In this document: positions 47,006 to 56,120 of the stretch, one piece after another
Layout: each line of letters starts with the position of its first letter
Position numbering within the stretch: the first letter of the stretch is position 1
IMG/VR virus record: IMGVR_UViG_3300045119_000157
Span: 19,579-83,578 of that record
Reading direction: 5' to 3' (one strand)
Source: a virus
DNA: 64,000 nt
Made by a program: the position numbers and the translations under genes
The notes under the pieces: generated by a model
The model's database searches: none
The model's input: only the letters and a program-made list of their open reading frames with translations
What the model was told of the DNA's origin: nothing

Positions 47006-47485
47006 ATGTCCGAACTCGCTCCCGCCGCTGCCGCTGCGATGATGCGCGACCCGTACGCCCTCGGCAACTACATGGGCCGCGACGTGTCATCGACGTCCGT
47101 GAAGATCACGAAGGCAGGCGACGGACTGTCGAAGCAACTCGACATCGAACCGAAAGTCCTCGTCCCCGGCGAGACATACATGGTGCTACTCGAAGCGAAA
47201 GCCGGGTCGCACACGCACAAGGTGATCGAGAAGGCCGGGACGTGGGAACTGATCCAAGTCCTCGAAGCGCAGACCGTCACGTTCGTTGACGGTGAGGACA
47301 TGGAGAAGATGCTCCGCATTGCCGCCGACCGTGTGCAGGCCGCGACGGAAGCAGCGAAGGGTGTGCAACGTCTCGACGGCACCGACGCCGCCGATCTTGA
47401 AGGCTCCACGATGTACGCGCCCGACGATGACGGGCCTGCGGCGTTGACGGCCGGGCAGCCGGAACCGGAGTGGGATGACGACTAA
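47006..47485 (+). CDS. Hypothetical protein
   Basis: AAGGAGG SD; acidic tail. Confidence 0.6.
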   Translation: MSELAPAAAAAMMRDPYALGNYMGRDVSSTSVKITKAGDGLSKQLDIEPKVLVPGETYMVLLEAKAGSHTHKVIEKAGTWELIQVLEAQTVTFVDGEDMEKMLRIAADRVQAATEAAKGVQRLDGTDAADLEGSTMYAPDDDGPAALTAGQPEPEWDDD

Positions 47486-47726
47486 CGGTTCCGTCGACAT
47501 CGACGACGCTCACGCCGTGTCGTTCGCAGTGCGCCGGTTGCGTGTCATCGCGGACGAACTCGAAACGGTGAAGGACCGCCGCGACGCCCTGTACTCGGAA
47601 CGCATGGCGCTCGTGTACCAGTTGCGCGGCACCGTCTCGCAGCAGGATCTCGCGTTGGCGTGCCGGTGCGGTGTCGACATGATCAAGAACATCTCTGCTT
47701 CAGCGCGCCGGAAAGGTACCGTGTAG
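47475..47726 (+). CDS. Small HTH protein
   Basis: SQQDLA.AC.CG...IKNI. Confidence 0.55.
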   Translation: MTTNGSVDIDDAHAVSFAVRRLRVIADELETVKDRRDALYSERMALVYQLRGTVSQQDLALACRCGVDMIKNISASARRKGTV

Positions 47727-47729
47727 CTC

Positions 47730-48002
47730 ATGTCTGTGACAGGGACGTTGGCGTGCGAGTACTGCCGGGACGCTCCCGCGCTACGCCGCGTGGAGGTCCT
47801 CGTCGGCGCGCTGCCCGGTCGTGTCGTGCCGCTACTGATCGACGTGGAACCGCACCCGGACGGCCGGGTGATCGAACGGTTGGACGGCCAGTTCCGGCTC
47901 CTGTCGAGCCTGACGCGCCGCAAGGACGGTGTCGCCGGGTACCGGGTTCATGGGGCGTCGATGTACGGCGAGTGCGCCGGGTACGACCCCGAGGACGACT
48001 GA
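47730..48002 (+). CDS. Hypothetical protein
   Basis: CEYC, D.EP.PDG motifs. Confidence 0.55.
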   Translation: MSVTGTLACEYCRDAPALRRVEVLVGALPGRVVPLLIDVEPHPDGRVIERLDGQFRLLSSLTRRKDGVAGYRVHGASMYGECAGYDPEDD

Positions 48003-48021
48003 AACCGCAGGTCACACCGGC

Positions 48022-48050
48022 TGGACAGCCGGGTACACCGGGTGTACGGT
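48022..48050 (+). promoter_or_regulatory. Class A promoter/operator, copy 6
   Basis: TGGACA-17-TACGGT, perfect palindrome at 48033-48047. Confidence 0.85.
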
Positions 48051-48078
48051 GTGGGTAGTGACCAGCAAGGAGAACCCG

Positions 48079-49752
48079 ATGGGTGCAGGACAGGCAAGGG
48101 CTAACAAGTTCAAGGGCGTGTGCGCCGACTGCGGCGGCGACGTCCCCGCACAGCAGGGCACGCTCGGCCGTGAGGGCGACAAGTGGATCGTCCGTCACCG
48201 TGACGGCGGCTGCGGCAACGCAGCGCAGCCCGCGCCGGTCGAGTTCGCCCCGACAGCAGAGCAGTCCGAGGCGCTCGCACTGTTCGCACGCGGTGAGAGC
48301 ATGGTGATCGAGGCGGGTGCGGGTACCGGCAAGACGAGCACGCTGAAGCTGCTCGCAGAGTCCACGACCCGCACGGGCCAGTACATCGCTTTCAACAAGG
48401 CAATCGTGGATGAGTCCGCCGCGAAGTTCCCGGCGAACGTGGCGTGCAACACGGCGCACTCCCTAGCGTTCCGTGCGGTCGGCAAGACGTACTCGCACCG
48501 GATGAACACGGGACGCCAGACCAGCACGCAGATCGCAGCGATCCTCCGCATCGACCCGGTCACGGTCACCGTCGCCGGAGTCGAGCGCAAGACCCTCGCA
48601 GCCGGGTTCCTCGCCGGACGGGTGATGCAGGCCGTCAGCCGGTTCTGCCAGTCCGCCGACGACGAGCCGACTCGCCGCCACTTCCCGTACATCGACGGCA
48701 TCGACCTTCCCGACGACAACGGGCACCGCACGTTCGCTAACAACGACGAGGTCGCCGCCCGGATGATGCCCGCCGTGCAGCGCGCATGGGCTGACCTTCA
48801 GAACCGTGAAGGCGCACTCCGGTTCGGCCACGACCACTACCTGAAGCTCTGGCAGTTGAGCGGCCCGAAGATCAACGCCGAGTTCATCCTGTTCGACGAA
48901 GCGCAGGACGCGAACCCGGTCATGGCAGCGATCGTGGCGGCGCAGACGCATGCACAGGTCGTGTACGTCGGAGACAGCCAACAGGCGATCTACGAGTTCA
49001 CCGGGGCGGTCAACGCCTTGCAGAACATCGACTCCGAGCACCGGGTGTTCCTCACCCAGTCGTTCCGGTTCGGTGAGGCGATCGCAGCGGCGGCGAACGA
49101 GGTGCTCGCCAAGCTCGACGCCGACCTCCGCCTCATCGGGACGGACACCATCGACTCGGTCGTCGGGCTGATGGACCGTGAGGACGCGGTCCTGTGCCGC
49201 ACGAACGCTCTCGCAGTCGAGACGGTCCTGAACTTCCAGGAGAACGGGCGGCGCCCGTTCCTCGTCGGCGGCGGTCTTGAAGTGATCCGGTTCGCGAAGG
49301 GTGCCCGTGACCTCATGGCGCAGGGCCACACTGACCATCCGGAACTGGCGTGCTTCGGTTCGTGGGAGGACGTCGAGCGGTACGTGCAGGACGACGCTCA
49401 GGGCGGCGACCTGAAGCTGATGGTCAGCCTGGTCAACAAGTTCGGGATCCCGACGATCCTGGCGGCGCTCGACTCGATGCCCGCCGAAGCCGACGCCGAC
49501 GTCGTGGTTAGCACGGCGCACAAGGCGAAGGGCCGGGAGTGGGATCGGGTCCGGATCGGCGCCGACTTCCCCGTCGAAGCCGACAAGGTCGGCCCGGCAG
49601 AGTTGCGGCTCATCTACGTGGCGGTGACACGGGCGAAGCTGGCGCTCGACATGAGCAGCCTCGCTGAACTGTTCCCGCCCGCTGAAGACGAAGACGGTGA
49701 CGACGAGGTCGATGACCGGCGGACCCGCTGGGTCGACGGGATCGAGGACTGA
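48079..49752 (+). CDS. UvrD-like SF1 helicase with N-terminal Zn ribbon
   Basis: AGAGTGKT, DEAQD, VGDSQQAIY, SFRFG, TAHKAKGREW, YVAVTRA. Confidence 0.9.
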   Translation: MGAGQARANKFKGVCADCGGDVPAQQGTLGREGDKWIVRHRDGGCGNAAQPAPVEFAPTAEQSEALALFARGESMVIEAGAGTGKTSTLKLLAESTTRTGQYIAFNKAIVDESAAKFPANVACNTAHSLAFRAVGKTYSHRMNTGRQTSTQIAAILRIDPVTVTVAGVERKTLAAGFLAGRVMQAVSRFCQSADDEPTRRHFPYIDGIDLPDDNGHRTFANNDEVAARMMPAVQRAWADLQNREGALRFGHDHYLKLWQLSGPKINAEFILFDEAQDANPVMAAIVAAQTHAQVVYVGDSQQAIYEFTGAVNALQNIDSEHRVFLTQSFRFGEAIAAAANEVLAKLDADLRLIGTDTIDSVVGLMDREDAVLCRTNALAVETVLNFQENGRRPFLVGGGLEVIRFAKGARDLMAQGHTDHPELACFGSWEDVERYVQDDAQGGDLKLMVSLVNKFGIPTILAALDSMPAEADADVVVSTAHKAKGREWDRVRIGADFPVEADKVGPAELRLIYVAVTRAKLALDMSSLAELFPPAEDEDGDDEVDDRRTRWVDGIED

Positions 49753-49753
49753 G

Positions 49754-50056
49754 ATGGGCTGCTCGATCGACGGGTGCGAGCAGGTGCCGCGTGTCCGCGG
49801 TCTCTGCTCGTACCACTACAAGCGGTGGTCGTACCTCGGGTTCCCGCGGCGCTGGATCCCCGACTGCGACCCGGCATCCGTCCCTGTCGTGTGCGTATGC
49901 GACACGCCACGCCCGGACGTCATCGGAGAATGCGCGGTCTGCGGACGCCCGTTCAAGCCGTGCCTGGCTGAGGCGCGTGCCCTCTGGCGCCGTTACGTCA
50001 TGACACTCGAATCCCGGTACGTCGACATGCCGAACACGACACGGGAGAAGGTCTGA
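49754..50056 (+). CDS. Cys-rich Zn-finger protein
   Basis: CSIDGC...RGLC..HY.RW. Confidence 0.55.
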   Translation: MGCSIDGCEQVPRVRGLCSYHYKRWSYLGFPRRWIPDCDPASVPVVCVCDTPRPDVIGECAVCGRPFKPCLAEARALWRRYVMTLESRYVDMPNTTREKV

Positions 50057-50481
50057 TGGGCTACAAGGACCGCCCGACCGTGATCGTGCTGCTCGGCTGC
50101 GCGGGCGTCCCCAGTGAAACGATCCGCGCCGTCATCCCGTCATGGTCGCCGCCGTGCTACATCGCCGCCTACAACCCGACCGTCGGCCTCACGTCACTGG
50201 AATGCACCCTGAACCCGGACCGTGCTCTCCGTCTCGACAGCCGCGCCGCGTTCGACCTGTGGCAGTCATCCCCGACCGTCGACCCGGTGCGTCCGGACGG
50301 GAAACCGAACCGTCCGCTCACCGGCTTCGACGTCGAGTTCACCCGCCTCGACCACCCGACCGTCCCGTACATCCGCCCATACCACGAGGAGAACCATGTC
50401 CAACAACGAGAAGTTCTCGACCGACTCGCTGACACGCGCGCTCGATCACCACGCCCGAGAGGACGCAATCGAAGGGTTTAG
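50056..50481 (+). CDS. Hypothetical protein
   Basis: RPDGKPNRPLT.F segment. Confidence 0.5.
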   Translation: MGYKDRPTVIVLLGCAGVPSETIRAVIPSWSPPCYIAAYNPTVGLTSLECTLNPDRALRLDSRAAFDLWQSSPTVDPVRPDGKPNRPLTGFDVEFTRLDHPTVPYIRPYHEENHVQQREVLDRLADTRARSPRPRGRNRRV

Positions 50482-50626
50482 CCCGCCGCAGCCGGGTCGC
50501 CCGCTGTGGCTCATCCACGCGTCTGCTGGAACACATGAACTGACACAAGCGCAGGTGTACGGCTACTGCCTGGCGCTCGCCGATCTCGAACGGCGGTCAT
50601 CCATGCGAGCCAGCCTGGACGTGTAG
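50396..50626 (+). CDS. Hypothetical protein
   Basis: GAGGAG SD. Confidence 0.45.
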   Translation: MSNNEKFSTDSLTRALDHHAREDAIEGFSPPQPGRPLWLIHASAGTHELTQAQVYGYCLALADLERRSSMRASLDV

Positions 50627-50636
50627 CGTCCTACCC

Positions 50637-51440
50637 GTGCCCGCCAAGAAACCGCCACGCTGGACTGAGTACGTTGACGTTGACGCGCTGATTCCTGACG
50701 AGCGAAACCCGAAGAACCACGCCGACAAGCTCCTTGACGAATCGCTTGCACGCTTCGGGTACACCGAACAGGTCATGATCGATGAACGCACCGGCAAACT
50801 CGTCGCCGGTCACGGCCGACGAGAACTGGTACTGCGAGCACGCGACACAGGCGCCGACCCTCCTGACGGAATCGTTGTGACAGCCGGGCGGTGGCGAGTC
50901 CCGGTGCAACGCGGCTGGGCGTCCGCCAACGACGACGAATCTCTCGCATACCTTGTGGCATCCAACCGGCTCGTTGAAACCGGAGGATGGGAACAATCGA
51001 TTGCATCGACCGTCCAACAGTTGAGCGACACCGCGCTCGGCCTCGTAGGCACCGGCTATACCGAAAGTGATCTCCAACTGCTACTGGCCGAAGCCGAGGC
51101 GATAACCGCAAACGAAGGCGACGATCCCGACGCTGGGGTACTGCTTGCAGCGTCAGATGTCACGCTGGGAGAACCGCAGCACACGGTCGAACGTGGCGAC
51201 GTGTGGAACGTGGGGAAGCATGTGCTCGTGTGTGCAGACGTTATGACTGAACATGCCCTGTGGGCACCACTGCTCGCAGAAGACGTGCTGTTCTGTCCCT
51301 ACCCCGGTCCATATGTCGCTCTCGCTGGACGCATCGATGAAGTCGTGCTGCTGCTAGTCCAACCTGACACGTATCTCGCAGGCCATGTCGTCGACAAGTT
51401 CGCAGCGGTCAACGGTGAAGACGAGGTGAACCGACGGTGA
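50637..51440 (+). CDS. ParB/Srx-like protein with remnant of a methyltransferase N-terminal segment
   Basis: L.P..RNPK.H, LVAGHGR; GDVW.VGKH.LVCAD. Confidence 0.75.
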   Translation: MPAKKPPRWTEYVDVDALIPDERNPKNHADKLLDESLARFGYTEQVMIDERTGKLVAGHGRRELVLRARDTGADPPDGIVVTAGRWRVPVQRGWASANDDESLAYLVASNRLVETGGWEQSIASTVQQLSDTALGLVGTGYTESDLQLLLAEAEAITANEGDDPDAGVLLAASDVTLGEPQHTVERGDVWNVGKHVLVCADVMTEHALWAPLLAEDVLFCPYPGPYVALAGRIDEVVLLLVQPDTYLAGHVVDKFAAVNGEDEVNRR

Positions 51441-52525
51441 CGGTGCTGCAAACGACCGGCACATGGGATCCCGCTGACCGGCACACGTATTTCTTGGCTG
51501 GCGACGGGCGTCCGTCACACACCGGCTACCCACACCAGTACGTGCTTCTTGCTGTCAATGAGCTATGCGACGGTTCGGGCAATGTGAAGGCGAAGCAACG
51601 CGACCGGGTTGAAACGCTGCTGGATAACGATGTGCGTGTCGTGATCGATTCCGGCGTGTTCTGGCTAACGAACGAACACAAACGCGCTCATAACATCACG
51701 ATGGATGCGGCCCTGTCCCTTGCCCCAACAGAGATCGACGGGTTCGACTGGCTGTGGTCGTCTTACCTTGCTGTGCACCGGCTGTGGGGCGACAAGGTGT
51801 GGGGATACATCGAACTCGACCAGGGCGGCGCCGACAACAAACGAAAGACGCGAGCCAAGCTGCACGACGAAGGCATTACACCGATGCCCGTCTACCACCC
51901 ACTCAATGACGGATGGGAGTACTTCGACGAACTCGCGTCAACGCACGACCGTCTTTGCTGCGGCAACATCGTTCAAGCCCCCGCCCCGTTGAGAATGCGT
52001 CTCATCCATACCATCTCGGAACGCCACCGCGCGTATCCTGACCTGTGGGTCCACTTTCTCGGCTTCACACCGAACCAGTGGATAAACGCCCTACCAGTGG
52101 ACTCTTGTGACTCGTCAACCTGGCTCGATTCAGTTCGCTGGGCGCCAGCGAAAGACTGGGTAATGAGCGCCGCTCTCGTGATGAAGCCCGTTGTGTCGCG
52201 AACTGTCACGGTGCGATGGACGTTCGACGGATGGCATCACTGGCCTGACGCACCATCGCACCGCGCGTATCTTGCCGACAGCCACCGCCACCTGTTCCAC
52301 GCCGCAGTGACCATCTCCGTCGCACATGACAACCGCGACGTTGAGTTCCACGATCTGCAAGACACCGCGAAGGCGTGCACGCCGCCAGGTCGCGACTGGA
52401 AGGACTGGTCATGCGAACGCATCGCTGAACACGTCGCCAGCCAGATCTCTCGTGAGGTCGACGGCCCCATTGCGGTGTCGATCGGTGAGGACGGCGAGTG
52501 TGACGCCACGGTGACCATCGGATGA
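51437..52525 (+). CDS. dpdA: DpdA-like DNA transglycosylase fused to a QueD-like (DpdL-like) T-fold domain
   Basis: IDSG.F, ELD, PVYH, H.LG, S.DSSTW; C-terminal H.WP.AP...YL...HRHLF, SCE.IA, EDGE. Confidence 0.7.
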   Translation: MTVLQTTGTWDPADRHTYFLAGDGRPSHTGYPHQYVLLAVNELCDGSGNVKAKQRDRVETLLDNDVRVVIDSGVFWLTNEHKRAHNITMDAALSLAPTEIDGFDWLWSSYLAVHRLWGDKVWGYIELDQGGADNKRKTRAKLHDEGITPMPVYHPLNDGWEYFDELASTHDRLCCGNIVQAPAPLRMRLIHTISERHRAYPDLWVHFLGFTPNQWINALPVDSCDSSTWLDSVRWAPAKDWVMSAALVMKPVVSRTVTVRWTFDGWHHWPDAPSHRAYLADSHRHLFHAAVTISVAHDNRDVEFHDLQDTAKACTPPGRDWKDWSCERIAEHVASQISREVDGPIAVSIGEDGECDATVTIG

Positions 52526-52953
52526 TCGCCGTGTCGGTATGCCACAACTTCGAGACGGCTCACCGGCTGTTCGGGCAGGGACCGGGCGGGAAGTGCTGGA
52601 ACCTTCACGGCCACTCGTTCCGCTGCGAAGTCGAAGTGACCGGCGAACCGGACGAACACGGGATGATCGTCGAGTACGGGGCGTTCAAGGCAGCCCTCCG
52701 CGGCTACGTGGACGACCGGCTCGACCACGGCGCCGTGCTTTCCACCGACGACCCGCTGTGTGCGCCTCTGCTGGACAGCGGCTGCAAAGTCCTACGACTG
52801 GCTCACGATCCCACTGTCGAAGCGTTAGCAGCGCACCTGGCGACCGTCGTGGACATCCAGATCCTCGGGACGCTGGCGAACGGCGAGCATTGCCGGGTGT
52901 CCCGCGTCCGGGTCGATGAGACGGCAACGAACTCGGCGACATGGACTCCCTGA
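52522..52953 (+). CDS. queD: 6-carboxy-5,6,7,8-tetrahydropterin synthase
   Basis: FETAHRL, C.NLHGHS, LDH, PTVE.LA, V.ET. Confidence 0.9.
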   Translation: MIAVSVCHNFETAHRLFGQGPGGKCWNLHGHSFRCEVEVTGEPDEHGMIVEYGAFKAALRGYVDDRLDHGAVLSTDDPLCAPLLDSGCKVLRLAHDPTVEALAAHLATVVDIQILGTLANGEHCRVSRVRVDETATNSATWTP

Positions 52954-53636
52954 CCGTCTCGGAAGTGTTCGGTCCGACAATCCAAGGCGAAGGACCGTCC
53001 TGCGGTCGGTTGGCGGCGTTCGTGCGGCTCGGGCTGTGCAACCTCGATTGCTCGTGGTGCGACACGCCGTATACGTGGGACTGGACCGGCAAGAACGGCG
53101 AACCACAAGACCGAACAAGGCTCTACCGGGCAACACCCGAAGACCTAGCCGCTGAAGTGACAGCTATGCGTGTCCCGCTAGTCGTCGTGACCGGCGGCGA
53201 ACCGCTCGTCCAGAAGGCTGCGCTCGGCCGACTCGTTGACACTCTCCACGGCTTCCATCTCCGGGTTGAGATCGAAACGAACGGATCGCTGCTGTGCCCG
53301 CCTGAGTGGCCTGTCCGGTTGAACGTGTCACCCAAACTTCGTCACTCTGGTGTTGACCCGTCATACGCGGCGACCGCGATGACGCTGTACCGCGATGACC
53401 CGCGCGCCGTGTTCAAGTTCGTCGTGGACGACGTGCTGTCGTTCCCCGAACTTGACGACCTGATCGACAAGTACGCCGTCGCACCGGAACGCGTGTGGGT
53501 CATGCCCGAAGGCCGCACCGACGGAAAGATGACCGGCAAGCGCGTCACCCGCATCGCTGAGTCCGCGATCACGCGGCGCTACAACGTGTCAACACGACTC
53601 CACGTTCTGCTGTGGGGCGACGAGAGAGGACGCTGA
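52941..53636 (+). CDS. queE: 7-carboxy-7-deazaguanine synthase (radical SAM)
   Basis: TIQGEG, CNLDCSWCDT, TGGEPL, ETNG, SPK. Confidence 0.92.
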   Translation: MDSLTVSEVFGPTIQGEGPSCGRLAAFVRLGLCNLDCSWCDTPYTWDWTGKNGEPQDRTRLYRATPEDLAAEVTAMRVPLVVVTGGEPLVQKAALGRLVDTLHGFHLRVEIETNGSLLCPPEWPVRLNVSPKLRHSGVDPSYAATAMTLYRDDPRAVFKFVVDDVLSFPELDDLIDKYAVAPERVWVMPEGRTDGKMTGKRVTRIAESAITRRYNVSTRLHVLLWGDERGR

Positions 53637-53640
53637 CCGA

Positions 53641-54531
53641 GTGGACGTCGTAACCATCACCCTCGACGAAGTGGTCGCCGCGGCGACCAGCGTCGCCCAC
53701 AGACACAACGGCAGCATCCGAAGCGTGTACGGCGTGCCGCGGGGCGGACTGTTCCCTGCTGCTGTCGTCGCGGGACAACTCCGGGTTCCCCTCAGTGCAA
53801 CACCGGAACGCGGAACGCTGGTCGTGGACGACCTTGTCGACTCAGGCGCCACGCTGACTCCGTACACGCTTGATGCTGACCTGTACGTGGATGCCCTGTT
53901 CCGTAAGTCCACGTCGCCTTCCGGCATCGCTCCACACGCCGAACTGCGCGACGGCTGGCTTGTGTTCCCGTGGGAACACAACGACTCGGCCGGACCCGAA
54001 GACGCAGTGTTGCGGCTACTCAACTTCATCGGCGAAGACGCGACGCGTGAAGGGCTTGTCGACACACCGGGTCGTGTGTGTCGTTCACTCGCAGAGTTGA
54101 CAGGCGGCTACAACGATGACCCCGCGACCATCTTGTCCACCGTGTTCACCGAGCAACACGATCAGATGGTGGTTCTCGATGGCGTCGAGTTCACGTCGCT
54201 CTGCGAACACCACATGCTCCCGTTCGTAGGCACCGCTGTCGTGGGGTACGTGCCTCGCGGCAAGGTCGTCGGGCTGTCGAAACTGGCTCGCCTGGTGGAG
54301 TGCTACGCCCGCCGCCTACAGGTGCAGGAGAGGATGACAGAGCAGATCGCTCTCGCCCTGATGACACATCTCGAACCTGAAGGTGCGGGCGTTGTCATCC
54401 GTGCTCACCATTCCTGCATGGGCTGCCGTGGTGTCCGCAAGCCGTCCGCCCGCATGACGACCAGCGCCCTTCTCGGTATCATGCGCTACTCGCCCGACGC
54501 ACGGTCTGAGTTCCTCGCCTTCGCCCATTGA
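53641..54531 (+). CDS. folE: Phosphoribosyltransferase-GTP cyclohydrolase I fusion
   Basis: N-terminal GVPRGG, VVDDLVDSGAT, W.VFPWE; C-terminal TPGRV, CEHHMLPF, GLSKLAR, QER.T, H.CM..RG. Confidence 0.9.
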   Translation: MDVVTITLDEVVAAATSVAHRHNGSIRSVYGVPRGGLFPAAVVAGQLRVPLSATPERGTLVVDDLVDSGATLTPYTLDADLYVDALFRKSTSPSGIAPHAELRDGWLVFPWEHNDSAGPEDAVLRLLNFIGEDATREGLVDTPGRVCRSLAELTGGYNDDPATILSTVFTEQHDQMVVLDGVEFTSLCEHHMLPFVGTAVVGYVPRGKVVGLSKLARLVECYARRLQVQERMTEQIALALMTHLEPEGAGVVIRAHHSCMGCRGVRKPSARMTTSALLGIMRYSPDARSEFLAFAH

Positions 54532-54557
54532 CCGCTAGGTTGCACTGGGTGTACGGT
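54528..54557 (+). promoter_or_regulatory. Class A promoter/operator, copy 7 (variant)
   Basis: TTGACC-18-TACGGT with TGCACTGGGTGTAC; ATG at 54564. Confidence 0.7.
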
Positions 54558-54563
54558 GTGGGT

Positions 54564-54995
54564 ATGGCGAACACCGCAGCGGCGCTCTCACGCTGGCAGA
54601 ACAAGCCGCGTGCCTGCCGCGATGAAATCGCCAGCCTGATAGGTGAGCACAGCGTTCTGACTCCTGAAGTCAGCCGTGGCATGGTCGTCGCTGGCACAGC
54701 CGCAGAGGTTGCCGCTCAGTTCAGCGGCCCGGTCACGCTGGGTCCATCGAGCTTCACGGAACTGGACGATGTGGCCGACTCGTTCGCTTCGCTTGACGCT
54801 CCGATTCCCGCTGGTCACGTGCGTGTCAAGCTGTGGACGGTCGCCGCTGCTGGGCTGCCGGTACTCGCCAACGGCGACCATGACTTCTCATGGGAACGAG
54901 AGTGGGTCGTGGCCGGTGACTTCAACGGTGCCCCCGTGGTCGACGACGAGTTCGGTGATCCGGTCGTCGTCGTGCATCTCACAGCCCTGTTCTAG
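54564..54995 (+). CDS. Hypothetical cassette protein
   Basis: Leaderless ATG after copy 7. Confidence 0.6.
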   Translation: MANTAAALSRWQNKPRACRDEIASLIGEHSVLTPEVSRGMVVAGTAAEVAAQFSGPVTLGPSSFTELDDVADSFASLDAPIPAGHVRVKLWTVAAAGLPVLANGDHDFSWEREWVVAGDFNGAPVVDDEFGDPVVVVHLTALF

Positions 54996-55021
54996 ACACA
55001 CGCATACACCGGGTGTACGAT
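54993..55021 (+). promoter_or_regulatory. Class A promoter/operator, copy 8
   Basis: TAGACA-17-TACGAT, ATACACCGGGTGTAC; ATG at 55028. Confidence 0.8.
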
Positions 55022-55027
55022 CAGGGC

Positions 55028-55213
55028 ATGATGAATCATCTTGCTGACCACCAGTTCACCGACCACGACGACCGTATCGAGGACCACGCTGCCACGGGTC
55101 CTTGCTTTAGTTGCTGGTGCTATTCGTGTGGCGGGCGGATGGACCAGCCCCGTGTGACGCGACCGAACGACGTTGACCCCGAGAACGTGAGCCATGAGCG
55201 GTGCTTCACATGA
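55028..55213 (+). CDS. Small Cys-rich cassette protein
   Basis: CFSCWCYSC. Confidence 0.55.
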   Translation: MMNHLADHQFTDHDDRIEDHAATGPCFSCWCYSCGGRMDQPRVTRPNDVDPENVSHERCFT

Positions 55214-55404
55214 CCCGGCCGTGCGAGGTGCGCGGTTGTAGTGGAACCCTCCACGCGTACAACACGGTCAACCAGAAGGGCACCGGGGACCGCCTTCACC
55301 AGTTCGAATGCGATGTGAACTGGCGGCACCGGGCTTGGCTGATTGAGTCGCTGGACCAGTTGCACAAGACGCAGCCGACACGCTGGGACACATCGAAGCT
55401 CTAG
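55210..55404 (+). CDS. Small Zn-ribbon-like protein
   Basis: ATGA overlap; C....C...C....H. Confidence 0.5.
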   Translation: MTRPCEVRGCSGTLHAYNTVNQKGTGDRLHQFECDVNWRHRAWLIESLDQLHKTQPTRWDTSKL

Positions 55405-55431
55405 ACATGGCAGCTACACCTAGTGTACTGT
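55402..55431 (+). promoter_or_regulatory. Class A promoter/operator, copy 9 (variant)
   Basis: TAGACA-18-TACTGT with TACACCTAGTGTAC. Confidence 0.65.
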
Positions 55432-55473
55432 CGGCGGTGACGGGAGAACGGCTCCCGGCGAAAGGTGGCTCCG

Positions 55474-55737
55474 ATGGAGCAGACAGGTTCGATCACGAAG
55501 GTGGGAGAGTTCACCTTCGATACCGCGACCAGCACGGTCAGCGGTCCGGCGAAGTACATGCGGTCGAGCGAGTACGCGGCCTGCGTCCGGTCGATCGAGA
55601 ACGGGACGAGCCATGTGTTCCGGGCCGGGGTGGAGCACTCACCGTCGGTCGAGGTGGCGCTGCTCGTCACGATCCAGACTGACTATGCGGGCTGGCACGG
55701 GATGCAGTCCTTCAACCGGATGCGGGGTGTGTCGTGA
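55474..55737 (+). CDS. Hypothetical protein
   Basis: AAGGTGGCTCCGATG start. Confidence 0.55.
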   Translation: MEQTGSITKVGEFTFDTATSTVSGPAKYMRSSEYAACVRSIENGTSHVFRAGVEHSPSVEVALLVTIQTDYAGWHGMQSFNRMRGVS

Positions 55738-56030
55738 GCGTGAACCGCGAGAACGTGATCTGGCAGTCCGAGGACGGGACGTGGAGCCGTGGCTTCTACG
55801 ACTACGTCACGACCGGCGATGACTACGAGTGGGACGTCGAGTATCTCGACTCGTTCATGTGGGTCCGCACCGGGCTGCGGTCCGAGGACGCAGCGCATGA
55901 CGCGTGGGACGGCGCGAACCCCGGCGGCTACTCCGTCGCCCGCTGGTCCGAGACTCCCGAGTACACCGACCGGCTCGACGCGAAGGCGGCTGCGTTCAAG
56001 GCAGCCGGGAAGGGAGGTGCAGCCTGGTAG
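55734..56030 (+). CDS. Hypothetical protein
   Basis: NRENVIWQS.DGTWS.GFY, ANPGG. Confidence 0.6.
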   Translation: MSVNRENVIWQSEDGTWSRGFYDYVTTGDDYEWDVEYLDSFMWVRTGLRSEDAAHDAWDGANPGGYSVARWSETPEYTDRLDAKAAAFKAAGKGGAAW

Positions 56031-56120
56031 GTCACTGGCAGGTCGGGCACCGCACGCGCGGCGTCCGCCTCCTGCCCGTCCCGGAACACGTTCGGGGCGC
56101 AAGCAGACAAGGAGAACCCG

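Noticed and set aside
50637-54531. Complete preQ0/queuosine tRNA pathway
   Set aside because: No queC, queF or tRNA-type tgt is visible; context points to DNA modification.
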